From assembly GCA_021295755.1 (NCBI GenBank), contig JAGWBT010000002.1:7256-71255 (forward strand): a DNA stretch of 64,000 nt. Reading direction: 5' to 3'. Position 1 is the stretch's first letter; each line of letters begins with the position of its first letter. The notes under the pieces were generated by a model. The model worked only from the letters and a program-made list of their open reading frames with translations. It searched no databases and was not told where the DNA came from. Below are positions 20,459-30,403 of this stretch, piece after piece. The translations under genes were made by a program, and so were the position numbers. Origin of the DNA: Candidatus Poribacteria bacterium. GTDB lineage: Bacteria; Poribacteria; WGA-4E; PCPOR2b.

Positions 20459-20506
20459 TTCCATACTTATGTAAACCTGTTCAACTCTGTAAACCTTGTC
20501 AATACC

Positions 20507-20716
20507 ATGAAGATCTTACTCATCTACGCCATACGCTGCTATCGCAAACTGATTTCACCTCTCTTTCCGCCAACCTGCCGGTTTTATCCCACATGCTCGC
20601 AATATGCCCTTGAAGCAGTTACAAAGTATGGAGCTATAAGAGGAGGGTGGCTTGCGCTTAAACGGCTATCTAAGTGTCACCCTTATCACCCTGGTGGTTA
20701 CCATCCCTTGAAGTAA
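20507..20716 (+). CDS. yidD: membrane protein insertion efficiency factor YidD
   Basis: 69 aa: [32 protein letters not shown]...[11 protein letters not shown] is the canonical YidD sequence. Confidence 0.85.
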   Translation: MKILLIYAIRCYRKLISPLFPPTCRFYPTCSQYALEAVTKYGAIRGGWLALKRLSKCHPYHPGGYHPLK

Positions 20717-20757
20717 AATTCTATTGTCAAAAAGATCGCCCCGAGGAGATTCGTTAA

Positions 20758-22647
20758 ATGGAGAAACGTTATGTCTTAGCCCTTGTACTCATGGTTGCTG
20801 TCATGTTTGGTTGGAGTTGGTTTTATGGTCGAAAACTCCCCAAGCCTGAACAAACAACTGAGCAAGTGACTGAGCAATCGAGGGAAGCCTCACCCCTCTC
20901 ACCAGATTCATCGTCATTTTCTAGTGAATCCACAGTTGATACAGTCCAATCAGCGCAAGTAGATTCCCCATCGCGTCCCCGACAACCGGTTAGAGAGAGT
21001 CAAACGGTTCAAGTTGAAACTGGGAAATATCATATTATATTTTCGGTTGGACGATTCGCTTATGCACATGAATGGGCACTAAAAGAATATCCAGACAGAT
21101 CCGGTGTGGATCAATCATTGTTTAACCTGATTCCAGAAACAGCCCAAAACTGCTTGTCAGTCCACTTTTTTAATCAGAGCCTGACGGTTGATGCAATGGA
21201 CAGCTTCTGGGCAGCGGACAAAACGGAGCTAATTCTTACAGATCAAAATCCGCAAGACACCCTTACGTTTACCAAGCAGATTGGAGAACACCTCAGGGTC
21301 CTCAAGCAATTTACATTTTATCATGATGGGTATTACGTTGACCTTGAATTAACGTTCCAAAATTTATCGAATCAACCGTTAATTTCTCTTGATTCGATGA
21401 GCGATAACCGTAACGGATATAAACTTCGTTGGGGTCCTGGGATTAATGCGGATCTTCTTGCACATGAACGCAAAGATGGCAAACGTGGGAGACACCATTC
21501 CAAAAACGAGGGTGCCAGAGCCTTGAGCAGTGGGGCTAGCAAACCTGTTAAAGAACTTGATGATTCTCAAAATATGGATTCGGTCTTGTGGGCAGGCATG
21601 AATAATAAGTATTTTGCTGTGCTCATGATTCCAGATGGAGTGATTAACGCGACATACGAACTGGAAACTCTCTCAGACAACGGAGCAACGGCGCCGGCAG
21701 TTATTACCGCCCCATCTGAAGCTGCAAGCCTCATTGTTCCTGGGTTTTCATTAGATTCCAACAACAGCCGGGCAGATCAATTCCGCATTTATGTTGGTCC
21801 AAAGGAGTACAAAGTTCTCAAGGCAATCGTGCCACCGGGCACTCAGGAGGAAGACCTCCAACTCGCCGATATTATCGACTTCGGTTTCTTTTGGTATATT
21901 GCTTGGGTAATGCTTTGGCTTCTGAATTTCTTCTATGGTATCATCAAAAACTATGGAGTTGCCATTATTCTCCTGACCTTGTTAGTAAAAGTGGTTTCAT
22001 ACCCGCTGACCCGTAAGGGTTACAAGTCGATGCAGGCGATGCAGAAACTCCAACCCTTGCTTACGGAGATCCGTGAAAAGCATCGAGATGATCCGCAGAA
22101 ACTCAATAAGGCGACGATGCAATTATACAAAGAACACGGCGTGAATCCATTCGGTGGTTGTATCCCTTGGATTCCACAGATTCCGGTCTTCATTGCACTA
22201 TTTGCACTTCTCGGTAACGCAGTTGAATTACGAGGGGCACCTTTCTGTTTATGGATAGATGATCTTGCTGCCCCTGATGTCCTATTTACGCTTCCCTTTA
22301 CGATTCCATTCATTGGAAATGCATTTCGATTTCTACCGATTGTCAACGGTTTTACTACTTGGTTACAACAGAAAACGTCAGGCGGTATGGCACCTACGAC
22401 CGATAATGTACAAGCAAAGATTATGCAATTTATGCCTTTGATTTTTGTTTTTATCCTGTATAATTTTGCGTCGGGGTTGGCGCTCTATTGGCTATGTAAC
22501 AATATTTTTACCATCGGTCAACAATACTTACCCAAATTATGGCAGTCCGATGAAGCAGAGGAAGTCACCTCTGTTAATACCTCATCCAGAAAAAAACAAC
22601 CTCAATCCAAGAAACGACAGTTCCCAAACGCGAACCGTAAAACATGA
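20758..22647 (+). CDS. yidC: membrane protein insertase YidC
   Basis: 629 aa with an N-terminal transmembrane helix, a large periplasmic domain and a C-terminal 5-TM core carrying the 60-kDa inner-membrane-protein motifs (GFFWYIAW, LLTLLVKVVSYPLT, PFGGCIPWIPQIPVF). It follows yidD as in the conserved operon. Confidence 0.9.
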   Translation: MEKRYVLALVLMVAVMFGWSWFYGRKLPKPEQTTEQVTEQSREASPLSPDSSSFSSESTVDTVQSAQVDSPSRPRQPVRESQTVQVETGKYHIIFSVGRFAYAHEWALKEYPDRSGVDQSLFNLIPETAQNCLSVHFFNQSLTVDAMDSFWAADKTELILTDQNPQDTLTFTKQIGEHLRVLKQFTFYHDGYYVDLELTFQNLSNQPLISLDSMSDNRNGYKLRWGPGINADLLAHERKDGKRGRHHSKNEGARALSSGASKPVKELDDSQNMDSVLWAGMNNKYFAVLMIPDGVINATYELETLSDNGATAPAVITAPSEAASLIVPGFSLDSNNSRADQFRIYVGPKEYKVLKAIVPPGTQEEDLQLADIIDFGFFWYIAWVMLWLLNFFYGIIKNYGVAIILLTLLVKVVSYPLTRKGYKSMQAMQKLQPLLTEIREKHRDDPQKLNKATMQLYKEHGVNPFGGCIPWIPQIPVFIALFALLGNAVELRGAPFCLWIDDLAAPDVLFTLPFTIPFIGNAFRFLPIVNGFTTWLQQKTSGGMAPTTDNVQAKIMQFMPLIFVFILYNFASGLALYWLCNNIFTIGQQYLPKLWQSDEAEEVTSVNTSSRKKQPQSKKRQFPNANRKT

Positions 22648-22731
22648 GATGCGGAACGCGCATCATCGATTCCAATAACACCATTCAAATAACTATAGAT
22701 ATTATGCGGTTATTCGGGAGGACACTGAATC

Positions 22732-23382
22732 GTGCACCAATATATTGAAGTTGAAGAAGATACGACAGAAGAAGCGTTGGAGGTTGCCCTTAAAGAGCTT
22801 GGTGTTAATCGTGAACAGGTTAGTGTGAAGGTTATACATGAACCCACAAAAGGCATCCTTGGCTTAGGGGCAAAACTTGCTAAAATCCGTGTAACGTTAA
22901 AAGAGGATATTTCTTCGACGCCAGAGGTGGTGCTTCATGAAATTCTAAGTCATATGGGGCTTGAGGCGGAGATTGAATCTCAAATCATCAATGGAAGTGT
23001 ACATCTTACGGTGAGTTCTGATAACCCCGGCATACTAATCGGCAAACATGGTCAGACGCTAAACGCTGTCGAATATTTGTTGAATTGTATATTAAATAGA
23101 TCATCTCTTGTGAAGAAAAAAGTCTTCGTTGATGCGGAGGGATACCGTGAACGCCGTGAGCAGATGCTGATAGATCTGGCTTATCGTGCTGCTGCAAAGG
23201 TCAAGCAGACCCATCAAGAAATCGTCCTAGACCCGATGCCGCCTCGTGACCGCCGAATTATTCACGTCACCTTACAATCAGATGAGGATATTCGCACGTA
23301 CAGCCGGGGTGAGGGGATGATGCGGCGCGTTGCTGTCACCACACGCGAAAGGTATGAGTCAAACTCAAAGCAGTATGATTGA
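22732..23382 (+). CDS. jag: Jag/KhpB family RNA-binding protein (KH + R3H domains)
   Basis: GTG start after GGGAGG. The Jag_N, KH (GILGLGAKLAKIRV) and R3H (HVTLQSDEDIRTYSRGEG) domains are present. Its position downstream of yidC is conserved. Confidence 0.8.
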   Translation: MHQYIEVEEDTTEEALEVALKELGVNREQVSVKVIHEPTKGILGLGAKLAKIRVTLKEDISSTPEVVLHEILSHMGLEAEIESQIINGSVHLTVSSDNPGILIGKHGQTLNAVEYLLNCILNRSSLVKKKVFVDAEGYRERREQMLIDLAYRAAAKVKQTHQEIVLDPMPPRDRRIIHVTLQSDEDIRTYSRGEGMMRRVAVTTRERYESNSKQYD

Positions 23383-24760
23383 ATGGGATACAATTGCAGC
23401 CATTGCGACACCGCGGGGCGAAGGTGGTGTCGGTATTGTCCGAGTGAGTGGTAGTCTTGCTATTCCCATTGCCTGCCAGATTTTTCGTTCGTCTCGTCGC
23501 GTTTCCGCGGCTGAGTTGCCGAGCCACACACTGAACTACGGGCATGTTGTCCAACCATTATCAGGAGAAGTTATTGATGAAGTAGTGCTCGGTATCATGC
23601 GGGCTCCAAAATCGTATACGGCAGAGGATGTAGTTGAATTTAACTGCCATGGCGGTATTGTCCCCCTCAGAGGTGTGCTTGAGCTAACGGTGAAAGCCGG
23701 AGCGCGTCTCGCGGCACCGGGTGAATTTACCAAACGCGCTTTTCTCAATGGTCGGCTAGATCTAGCGCAGGCAGAAGCGGTCATAGATCTCATTCGCTCA
23801 AAGACTGACCTCACCCGTCGAATTGCGATAGATCAGTTGTCCGGCAAGTTGTCTCAAACGATTAACGCACTCAACGATCGGCTTGCGAATCTGCTTGCAG
23901 AAGTCGAAGCATCTATCGATTTTCCTGAAGAAGAGCTCGATTTCATGGGTTTAACGGTAATGAGGCAGACTGCTCAAGACATCCTCGATGACTTAGACCG
24001 GTTAATTGCGACCGCATCGGAGGGCAAACTCCTGCGGGAAGGTGTGAACATCGCAATACTCGGACGACCGAACGTTGGAAAATCGAGTTTACTAAATGCT
24101 TTGTTACAGGAAGATCGAGCGATAGTTACAGAAATACCGGGGACGACACGCGATACAATTGAAGCGCCACTGAATCTTGGTGGGATTCCACTCAATTTAA
24201 TAGACACCGCTGGGATACATCAAACCACAGATGTTGTTGAGCAGCAAGGGGTAATGCGGAGCAAAGCCTATCTTGACCGAGCCGACTTGCTTTTGATCAT
24301 GTTTGATTCGTCTCGGGCCTTAACTGAGGAAGATCGAGAGTTACTCCGTGCGGCGAAAGTCCGTAAATCAATCCTGATTCTAAACAAAATCGATCTACCT
24401 ATCGTTACAACTCCCGTAGACCTACACGCCGATGCGGCTCAGAAGCCGGTGGTCCAGATCTCTCTTCTCAATGGCAAAGGGGTTGAAGAGTTGAAATCGG
24501 CAGTTCATCAAGAACTCCTTGAAGGAGATGCGGTATGGGGTGATTCTCCGATTGTTACCAATGTCCGTCACCATGATGCGCTGCGTCGCGGAAGACTTGC
24601 GCTTGGACACGCAATAGAGAGCGTTGCCCAACATATGCCTCCAGACCTTGTAGCGGTCGATCTGCACAGCAGTTTAGATTGTCTCGGTGAAATTGTTGGC
24701 AAAACAACGACGGAAGATATTCTGGGTAGAATTTTTTCCCAATTCTGTGTTGGAAAGTAA
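23354..24760 (+). CDS. mnmE: tRNA uridine-5-carboxymethylaminomethyl modification GTPase MnmE
   Basis: N-terminal DTIAAIATPRGEGGVGIVRVSG, G-domain GRPNVGKSSLLNAL, and the C-terminal CxGK motif (CVGK at the end). Confidence 0.9.
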   Translation: MSQTQSSMIEWDTIAAIATPRGEGGVGIVRVSGSLAIPIACQIFRSSRRVSAAELPSHTLNYGHVVQPLSGEVIDEVVLGIMRAPKSYTAEDVVEFNCHGGIVPLRGVLELTVKAGARLAAPGEFTKRAFLNGRLDLAQAEAVIDLIRSKTDLTRRIAIDQLSGKLSQTINALNDRLANLLAEVEASIDFPEEELDFMGLTVMRQTAQDILDDLDRLIATASEGKLLREGVNIAILGRPNVGKSSLLNALLQEDRAIVTEIPGTTRDTIEAPLNLGGIPLNLIDTAGIHQTTDVVEQQGVMRSKAYLDRADLLLIMFDSSRALTEEDRELLRAAKVRKSILILNKIDLPIVTTPVDLHADAAQKPVVQISLLNGKGVEELKSAVHQELLEGDAVWGDSPIVTNVRHHDALRRGRLALGHAIESVAQHMPPDLVAVDLHSSLDCLGEIVGKTTTEDILGRIFSQFCVGK

Positions 24761-24794
24761 AATGAAGCGGTAGAAAATCAACATATTAAGAATA

Positions 24795-25028
24795 GTGAAG
24801 GAGGGATATGAAATGTTGACACAGCAACAGCAGTGGTGTCCTCGCTGCAAACGCTATGTTGAGACGGAACAGAAGCAGAATAAATTGGGTAGGCGCGGCA
24901 ATCTAGTGCAACTTGTCACAACCTGCCAAAAGTGTCGAATAACACTGACTAGCAAAACAGTTAGTGCTGCAACTCTTGAACAGACGCAAATAGAATCTGC
25001 TGCTAGCCAGTCGACCTCTGAAGAATAA
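24795..25028 (+). CDS. small zinc-ribbon protein (hypothetical)
   Basis: 77 aa with CPRC...CQKC (2x CxxC) spacing. No other homology is recognisable. Confidence 0.35.
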   Translation: MKEGYEMLTQQQQWCPRCKRYVETEQKQNKLGRRGNLVQLVTTCQKCRITLTSKTVSAATLEQTQIESAASQSTSEE

Positions 25029-25147
25029 TTAGCAACTAATTTGCAATGCAAGTCACACTTTTTGGGTCTCCATTCGTTTAAGATAGTAATAGACTTTACT
25101 TGGATTTTTTATTTTTATCCCTAAATTCCTTACAAAGGAGAAAAACG

Positions 25148-26032
25148 ATGTTAAGTTTTGTTTGGAAACACAGACAGTCTATCGTGCTTGTCACTCTGCT
25201 ATTGGTTGTTTGTGCAAGTCCGATGGCACTGGCAAAGGAGAAGATTCAGTGGGTGGAATCAGTCGAGAAAGGATTTGCAGAAGCCAAAAAAACGGGCAAA
25301 CCAATCATGATGGATTTCTACACCGAATGGTGAGGCTTTTGTAAGCGGCTGGATGCCGAAACATTTACGGATGAAAAAGTTGTTGCTCTATCGAAAAACT
25401 TTGTCAACCTCAAGGTCAATCCTGAAGATACAGACCATCCCGAAAACGAGGAGGTCCGTATCAAATACGGTGTCAGTGGATATCCAACGGTTGCATTTGT
25501 CAATTCCGAGGGAGAATTAATTGGTCTCAATCCTGGCTATAGCCCTCCAGAGGAATTTTTCGGAGTGATGGAAGGCATCTTCAAAGAGGAGGAGGCATTT
25601 AAGGCGTTGAAGGTGGCGGTTCAGAAGAATCCGGGTGACGTAAAGGCTAACGCTGGACTCGCGCTAATTTACATCAAGCGCGGCGAATTTGAGCTGGGAA
25701 AACCGCTATTTGATAAGGTTACAAAACAGGATCCAAGAAATGCAACGGGGCTTTTACCGGAGTTGTATGTGAATTTTGGGCTCCATTATGGGAATAGCGC
25801 TGCTGGCGACAATGCGCAGGACTATTTCCAGAAGGCGGAAGCGTTTTTCCAGAAGGTCATTGACACCTATCCCGACAGCAAGTTTTACGAGGATGCACAA
25901 TATTACTTGGGGATTACCTACGCAATTCAAGAAAAATCCGAATTGGCAATTGCAACGCTTGAGAAGTTGACTGATGCTAAAAATGAAGAAATTCGTGAAC
26001 AGACGGCAATACTTCTAAAGCGTCTCAAATAG
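25148..26032 (+). CDS. secreted thioredoxin-fold thiol:disulfide oxidoreductase with in-frame TGA (putative selenocysteine) in the W-U-G-F-C active site, fused to a C-terminal TPR-like domain
   Basis: The ATG at 25148 follows AAAGGAG and a signal peptide follows. The TGA at 25331-25333 sits exactly where the first Cys of the Trx WCxxC motif would be (PIMMDFYTEW-TGA-GFCKRL). The same frame stays open for 232 more codons with no stop. It contains the Trx cis-Pro loop (GVSGYPTVAFV) and a TPR-like tail (...ALIYIKRGEFELGKPLF...EDAQYYLGITYA...). The standard-code ORFs 25100-25333 and 25565-26032 are in the same frame. Confidence 0.6.
25334..25370 (+). promoter_or_regulatory. candidate bacterial SECIS hairpin immediately 3' of the in-frame UGA
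   Basis: G25341-U25345 (GUAAG) pairs with A25364-C25368 (AUUAC read 3'->5'; G:C, U:A, A:U, A:U, G:U). The upper stem C25346-C25349 (CGGC) pairs with G25355-G25358 (GCCG). The apical loop UGGAU (25350-25354) lies 17-21 nt downstream of the UGA. It was folded by eye only. Confidence 0.4.
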
Positions 26033-26084
26033 AATGTCTCAAAAGTTCGATGGAGTAGTCTGTTGCCAACTTGAATATATTCAC

Positions 26085-26127
26085 GAAACAAGCCCATTAC
26101 CAATGAATTGGTGTGGGCTTGTTTTGT
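26085..26127 (+). terminator. rho-independent terminator
   Basis: AACAAGCCCA...TGGGCTTGTT stem followed by TTTGTT, about 55 nt after the stop of the 25148-26032 gene. Confidence 0.6.
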
Positions 26128-26184
26128 TCTCGCTGGGTAATGATACGCTCGCGATTGTATTGTAGACGTTAGTACAATCGCCGC

Positions 26185-26214
26185 TTGTCAACCCAACCTG
26201 CTTCGTGCTATAAT
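26185..26214 (+). promoter_or_regulatory. sigma70-type promoter upstream of argH
   Basis: TTGTCA (26185-26190), an 18-nt spacer, then TATAAT (26209-26214), about 75 nt upstream of the argH ATG. Confidence 0.5.
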
Positions 26215-26289
26215 ACCGCCCAATCCGATGTTTTGATAGCAGAGATTTAACAGGCTACCGCAACTCCCTATTTTCAGGTACAGTCAACA

Positions 26290-27801
26290 ATGAACACTTC
26301 TACCAAGCTCTGGGGCGGTCGATTTCGCTCCGATCTGTCAACTGAAACCGAAGACTTCACACAATCCATTGAGGTTGATTCCCGCTTGATCGCACATGAC
26401 ATCTGGGGAAGTCAAGTCCACGCGATCATGTTGGCGCGGCAGGGTATCATCTCCGATGAGGATCTTCGGCAGATCTTGCACTGGCTGGGCAAAGCGGAAT
26501 CGGATTTTCGTGATGGGAAGTTTGTCCTCAAACCCGAAAAGGAAGATGTCCACATGAATGTGGAGTCCTACCTTATCGAAGGTGCCGGAAGTGAGTATGG
26601 TGGAAAGCTGCACACTGCGCGGTCTCGAAACGATCAGGTGCTCGTCGATGCGCATCTCTACATCCGCGAACAGCTTCTCGACACACAGAAGGGCGTATCG
26701 CGCTTGTGCCGTGCGTTTCTCTCTATCGCGCAGGAGCACACCGAAACAGTAATGCCGGGCTACACGCACACACAACACGCACAGCCAATCAGCCTTGGGT
26801 TTTGGGCGACAGCCTACGTCAGCATGTTCCTCCGTGATCAGAAGCGATTGAACGCTGCTTACGAACTTGCCAATCTCAATCCACTCGGTGCTTGTGCGCT
26901 TGCGGGGACCTCTTTCCCAATCGATCGAAAATTGACGACCGAGTTACTCGGTTTTGATAGGACGCATGAACATGCGTTGGATGTAATTAGCTCCCGCGAT
27001 TTTATCGCTGAACCGCTTTTTGCGCTGACGCTGCTGATGACCACCCTCTCAAGGCTCGGTGAGGAGATTGTTTACTGGACAACTTATGAATTTAACATCG
27101 CAACGCTTGATGATGCGTATGCGACGGGCAGCTCGATCATGCCCCAGAAAAAGAACGCGGACATCGCGGAATTGACACGTGGACGGACGGGGAAGGTTTA
27201 TGCAGCGCTTATGGATCTCTTGACGAATCTCAAAGGGCTGCCTACAGGATATAACCGCGATCTTCAAGAGGACAAACCGCCACTGTGGGGTGCGTTTGAT
27301 GTGGTTCAATCCTGTTTGGGGATTCTGCCCGGTCTTCTCAAAACACTTAACTTTAACGCGGACCGGTTGGAACTGCTCGCCAATGCGAACTTTGCAACGG
27401 CAACAGAATTAGCCAATTTCCTCGTTAGTGAACGGGGATTGCCATTCCGCAAATGTCATGAGATAGTTGGGAACATTGTAGGAGGCTTGGCGAAGCAGAG
27501 GAAAACCTTTGGAGCTTGGAAGGAAACGCAAGAACTGTTGCATGCCGAAGGTATTGACCTAGCTATCCCACAACTCCAACGCATTCTTAATCCGAAACTT
27601 TCTCTCCACAATAACCAGAGCCGTGGTGGTACATCGCCTACGGAGGTGAAACGAATGGCGGGTGAGTTTGAGGCAAAGCTAGACGAAATCGACAACCAGA
27701 TCCATTCGCGGCAGGAGCAGATTAATGCCGCTTACCAGAAAACGCTTCGGATAACCGAACAGGTACTAAACGGTAAAACGATTGCAGAGATTCGTTTTTA
27801 G
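26290..27801 (+). CDS. argH: argininosuccinate lyase
   Basis: 503 aa with N-terminal KLWGGRF and the fumarate-lyase signature GSSIMPQKKN. The C-terminal extension is slightly longer than in E. coli ArgH. Confidence 0.92.
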   Translation: MNTSTKLWGGRFRSDLSTETEDFTQSIEVDSRLIAHDIWGSQVHAIMLARQGIISDEDLRQILHWLGKAESDFRDGKFVLKPEKEDVHMNVESYLIEGAGSEYGGKLHTARSRNDQVLVDAHLYIREQLLDTQKGVSRLCRAFLSIAQEHTETVMPGYTHTQHAQPISLGFWATAYVSMFLRDQKRLNAAYELANLNPLGACALAGTSFPIDRKLTTELLGFDRTHEHALDVISSRDFIAEPLFALTLLMTTLSRLGEEIVYWTTYEFNIATLDDAYATGSSIMPQKKNADIAELTRGRTGKVYAALMDLLTNLKGLPTGYNRDLQEDKPPLWGAFDVVQSCLGILPGLLKTLNFNADRLELLANANFATATELANFLVSERGLPFRKCHEIVGNIVGGLAKQRKTFGAWKETQELLHAEGIDLAIPQLQRILNPKLSLHNNQSRGGTSPTEVKRMAGEFEAKLDEIDNQIHSRQEQINAAYQKTLRITEQVLNGKTIAEIRF

Positions 27802-27816
27802 TTAAGGAAGGGAAAA

Positions 27817-29346
27817 ATGAGGATTGGTATCGCGAGTCTCTGGCACGAGACTAACACCTTTGCTGTAGAGCAGAACGATAGTATGGACACTGTTCATATC
27901 CAACGCGGAGAGTCGCTTAGGCGCGCACAACCTATGAATTTTATCGGTGGCTTTGTGGAAGGTGCCAAGCGACGCGATGTAGAATTGGTTCCGACCGTCG
28001 GAATTGGCTTTGCGCACGGCGGCATTATCCATGCCGAAGTTTACGAACGGTGTCGTGATATGATTGTGACAGGCCTGCAGGAGGCGCAACCGTTAGATGG
28101 CGTCTACTTTGCACTTCATGGAGCGATGGTCGCCGAGACGCCCTATACCGATGCCGAAGGCGAATTGGTGCAGGAAGCGCGCCGGGTCCTAGGGAATATC
28201 CCTATGGTCGGCACTTACGACTTTCACACTATCATGAGCGATCAAGAGGCTGAAGCACTAGTTCCGTTTCCCAATAACACCAATCCCCATATCGATGGTT
28301 ACGAGCGGGGAGTGGAGGCGGCAGAATGTCTCCTACAAATGTTAGACGGAAAAATCAATCCGGTTACCCATCGGGTGTTTGTGCCGATCATCGGTCCCAA
28401 TATCGGTCAGAGCACTTGGTCACACCTGCCGCAAGAGGAACAGGGACTGCTGCTCTATCAGTTGAACGAAAAGCGCGCGGAGATGGAGAAGACTCCCAAG
28501 GTTATCAATATCACCATTCTCGGCGGCTATGGGTATGGTGATTCCCCGGATGCCGGTATGTCAATCATAGCGACGACTGACGGCGAACCTGAACTCGCCA
28601 AGCGGTTGGCTCAAGAGTTGGCAGAGGATCTGTGGGAGCAACGCAAGCAACTGAAAACGGTGCGACCGGTACAGTCCATTGACGAAGGGGTGAAAATGGC
28701 GATGGTTGACTCGCAAAAACCGATTCTCTTGGTTGATCTAGGTGACGACCCCGGCAGCGCCTGTCCTGCCGATAGTCCGGCGGTGCTCGAAAGTCTCCTC
28801 CGCTGTGGAGCACAGGATTGCGCGCTCACTATCCGTGATGCGGAGGTGGTGCGCTCAGGTATAGCAGCCGGAGTGGGCGCAGAACTCAACATCAGGGTGG
28901 GAGGCAAGATAGATCAACGCTTCTACCAACCGCTGGAAATAACGGCTCAGGTCAAATCCATTGACGATGGCAGATACATGATCTGCGGTCCCACCCATGG
29001 TGGTTGGGGGCGTGAAGTCAACGAGGAAACATTTCGTGAAGCGAATGTCGGTAAGCGGGTTGTGCTGCGCACCGGGAATAAAATCGACGTTATCTTTTCT
29101 CAACGGGGGACCGGCAAAGACCGAGATTTTTTTAAGAGTGCCGGTATCCTATTGGAAGAGAAACAGATCCTTGTTGTCAAATCCAATCAAGCACATCGTG
29201 CCTCCTTTGATCCGGTCGTCGCTGGTACGATTGAACTAAACACCCCGGGTGTCAGTACCGTGAACTACGCCAGTCTTCCTTATCGTTATCTGCGCCGTCC
29301 GATCTGGCCTATTGATGAGAAGATGCACTGGACATCGTCTGCATAG
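27817..29346 (+). CDS. M81 family metallopeptidase (MlrC/microcystinase C-like)
   Basis: N-terminus MRIGIASLWHETNTFA and overall length (509 aa) are typical of the DUF1485+DUF1357 MlrC family. Confidence 0.55.
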   Translation: MRIGIASLWHETNTFAVEQNDSMDTVHIQRGESLRRAQPMNFIGGFVEGAKRRDVELVPTVGIGFAHGGIIHAEVYERCRDMIVTGLQEAQPLDGVYFALHGAMVAETPYTDAEGELVQEARRVLGNIPMVGTYDFHTIMSDQEAEALVPFPNNTNPHIDGYERGVEAAECLLQMLDGKINPVTHRVFVPIIGPNIGQSTWSHLPQEEQGLLLYQLNEKRAEMEKTPKVINITILGGYGYGDSPDAGMSIIATTDGEPELAKRLAQELAEDLWEQRKQLKTVRPVQSIDEGVKMAMVDSQKPILLVDLGDDPGSACPADSPAVLESLLRCGAQDCALTIRDAEVVRSGIAAGVGAELNIRVGGKIDQRFYQPLEITAQVKSIDDGRYMICGPTHGGWGREVNEETFREANVGKRVVLRTGNKIDVIFSQRGTGKDRDFFKSAGILLEEKQILVVKSNQAHRASFDPVVAGTIELNTPGVSTVNYASLPYRYLRRPIWPIDEKMHWTSSA

Positions 29347-29423
29347 TATCTACGGAGAATTTGCTAACATTTAATAGTTCTATTTGCTGTGTTAAGAAAA
29401 TATTCTAGAATTTATGTTTTGTA

Positions 29424-30341
29424 ATGTTAATTTTCAGTTTCGATACTGATGGTAACAGGATAGTTGCCGTATGGAATGAGAAACTTTCTAGTCAGAACAA
29501 CAGGAGATTGCTGATGGAACAGCAACTACGAGATAAATATCAACTCACCCTTGATCAGCGGCACTTCTTTGGCACACAAGGCTATCTCAAAGTCGAAGGA
29601 TTGTTGAGTGCAGAAGATCTTCGCGAGCTTGATCGCCATTCGATGGATATGGCGCTGGGGAAGGTTGACTTCAGCCAACTGGAAGGGGTTACACCGAGAA
29701 GTGAGGGTAACACCCCCGCGGAGATGGAGGACAAGTTTTTCCGCTTCATCCAATTCCACCGTCATCTGGAGATCCATGAGCGGTTTCTGTTACACCTCCG
29801 CATCCTCGATGTGTTGGAAACCTTGATTGGGCCCGATGTAATGGCAATGCAGTCAATGCTTTTCCTTAAGCCACCGAAGAAATCCGGTCAGGCTTATCAT
29901 CAGGATTCCTTTTACATCAAAACTGCCCCGGACACGCTGTGCGGAGCTTGGATAGCCATTGATGATTGTGATGAGGAAAACGGCTGCATGTATGTTGTTC
30001 CCGGCTCCCACTTGCACCCAATCTATGAAGAGGTAGCACTACCGGACAATACCGAGGATTTTCAGGAAAGGTTGACCGAAATTGTAGGTGTGAAAGAAAA
30101 TAGCGAGGTAGCGGCAACTGCTAATGCTGGAGATGTTATCTTTTTCCACGGTCACCTCATCCACAGATCTAAGCAGAACCGGTCAAACAACCGATTTCGG
30201 CGATCGTACGTCTGCCACTATGCCAACGCCCGATCTTATACCGAATGGGGCGAAGGCAATCACAATCATATTCTTGCGCGTGGGACGACACATATGCCGT
30301 TTGCGACGTCTCGATTTGTTACGCATGACCCGCTTGGTTAG
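29424..30341 (+). CDS. phytanoyl-CoA dioxygenase (PhyH) family Fe(II)/2-oxoglutarate oxygenase
   Basis: 2-His-1-carboxylate ligands YHQDSFY...VVPGSHL...HRS. The start may be at 29514 (MEQQLRD). Confidence 0.7.
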   Translation: MLIFSFDTDGNRIVAVWNEKLSSQNNRRLLMEQQLRDKYQLTLDQRHFFGTQGYLKVEGLLSAEDLRELDRHSMDMALGKVDFSQLEGVTPRSEGNTPAEMEDKFFRFIQFHRHLEIHERFLLHLRILDVLETLIGPDVMAMQSMLFLKPPKKSGQAYHQDSFYIKTAPDTLCGAWIAIDDCDEENGCMYVVPGSHLHPIYEEVALPDNTEDFQERLTEIVGVKENSEVAATANAGDVIFFHGHLIHRSKQNRSNNRFRRSYVCHYANARSYTEWGEGNHNHILARGTTHMPFATSRFVTHDPLG

Positions 30342-30403
30342 AGTTCCAATTCAGTTTTTAGGTATATCAGTTAAGTTGTGTCGAAACTTGGAAAGGAGTT
30401 CAC

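Noticed and set aside
25100-26032. Two separate standard-code ORFs (25100-25333, 77 aa; 25565-26032, 155 aa) from the ORF track
   Set aside because: They are in the same frame and joined by an uninterrupted open stretch after a single TGA that falls at the CxxC Cys position of a thioredoxin fold. They were merged into one recoded (putative Sec) gene starting at the ATG at 25148, not called as two genes or a pseudogene.
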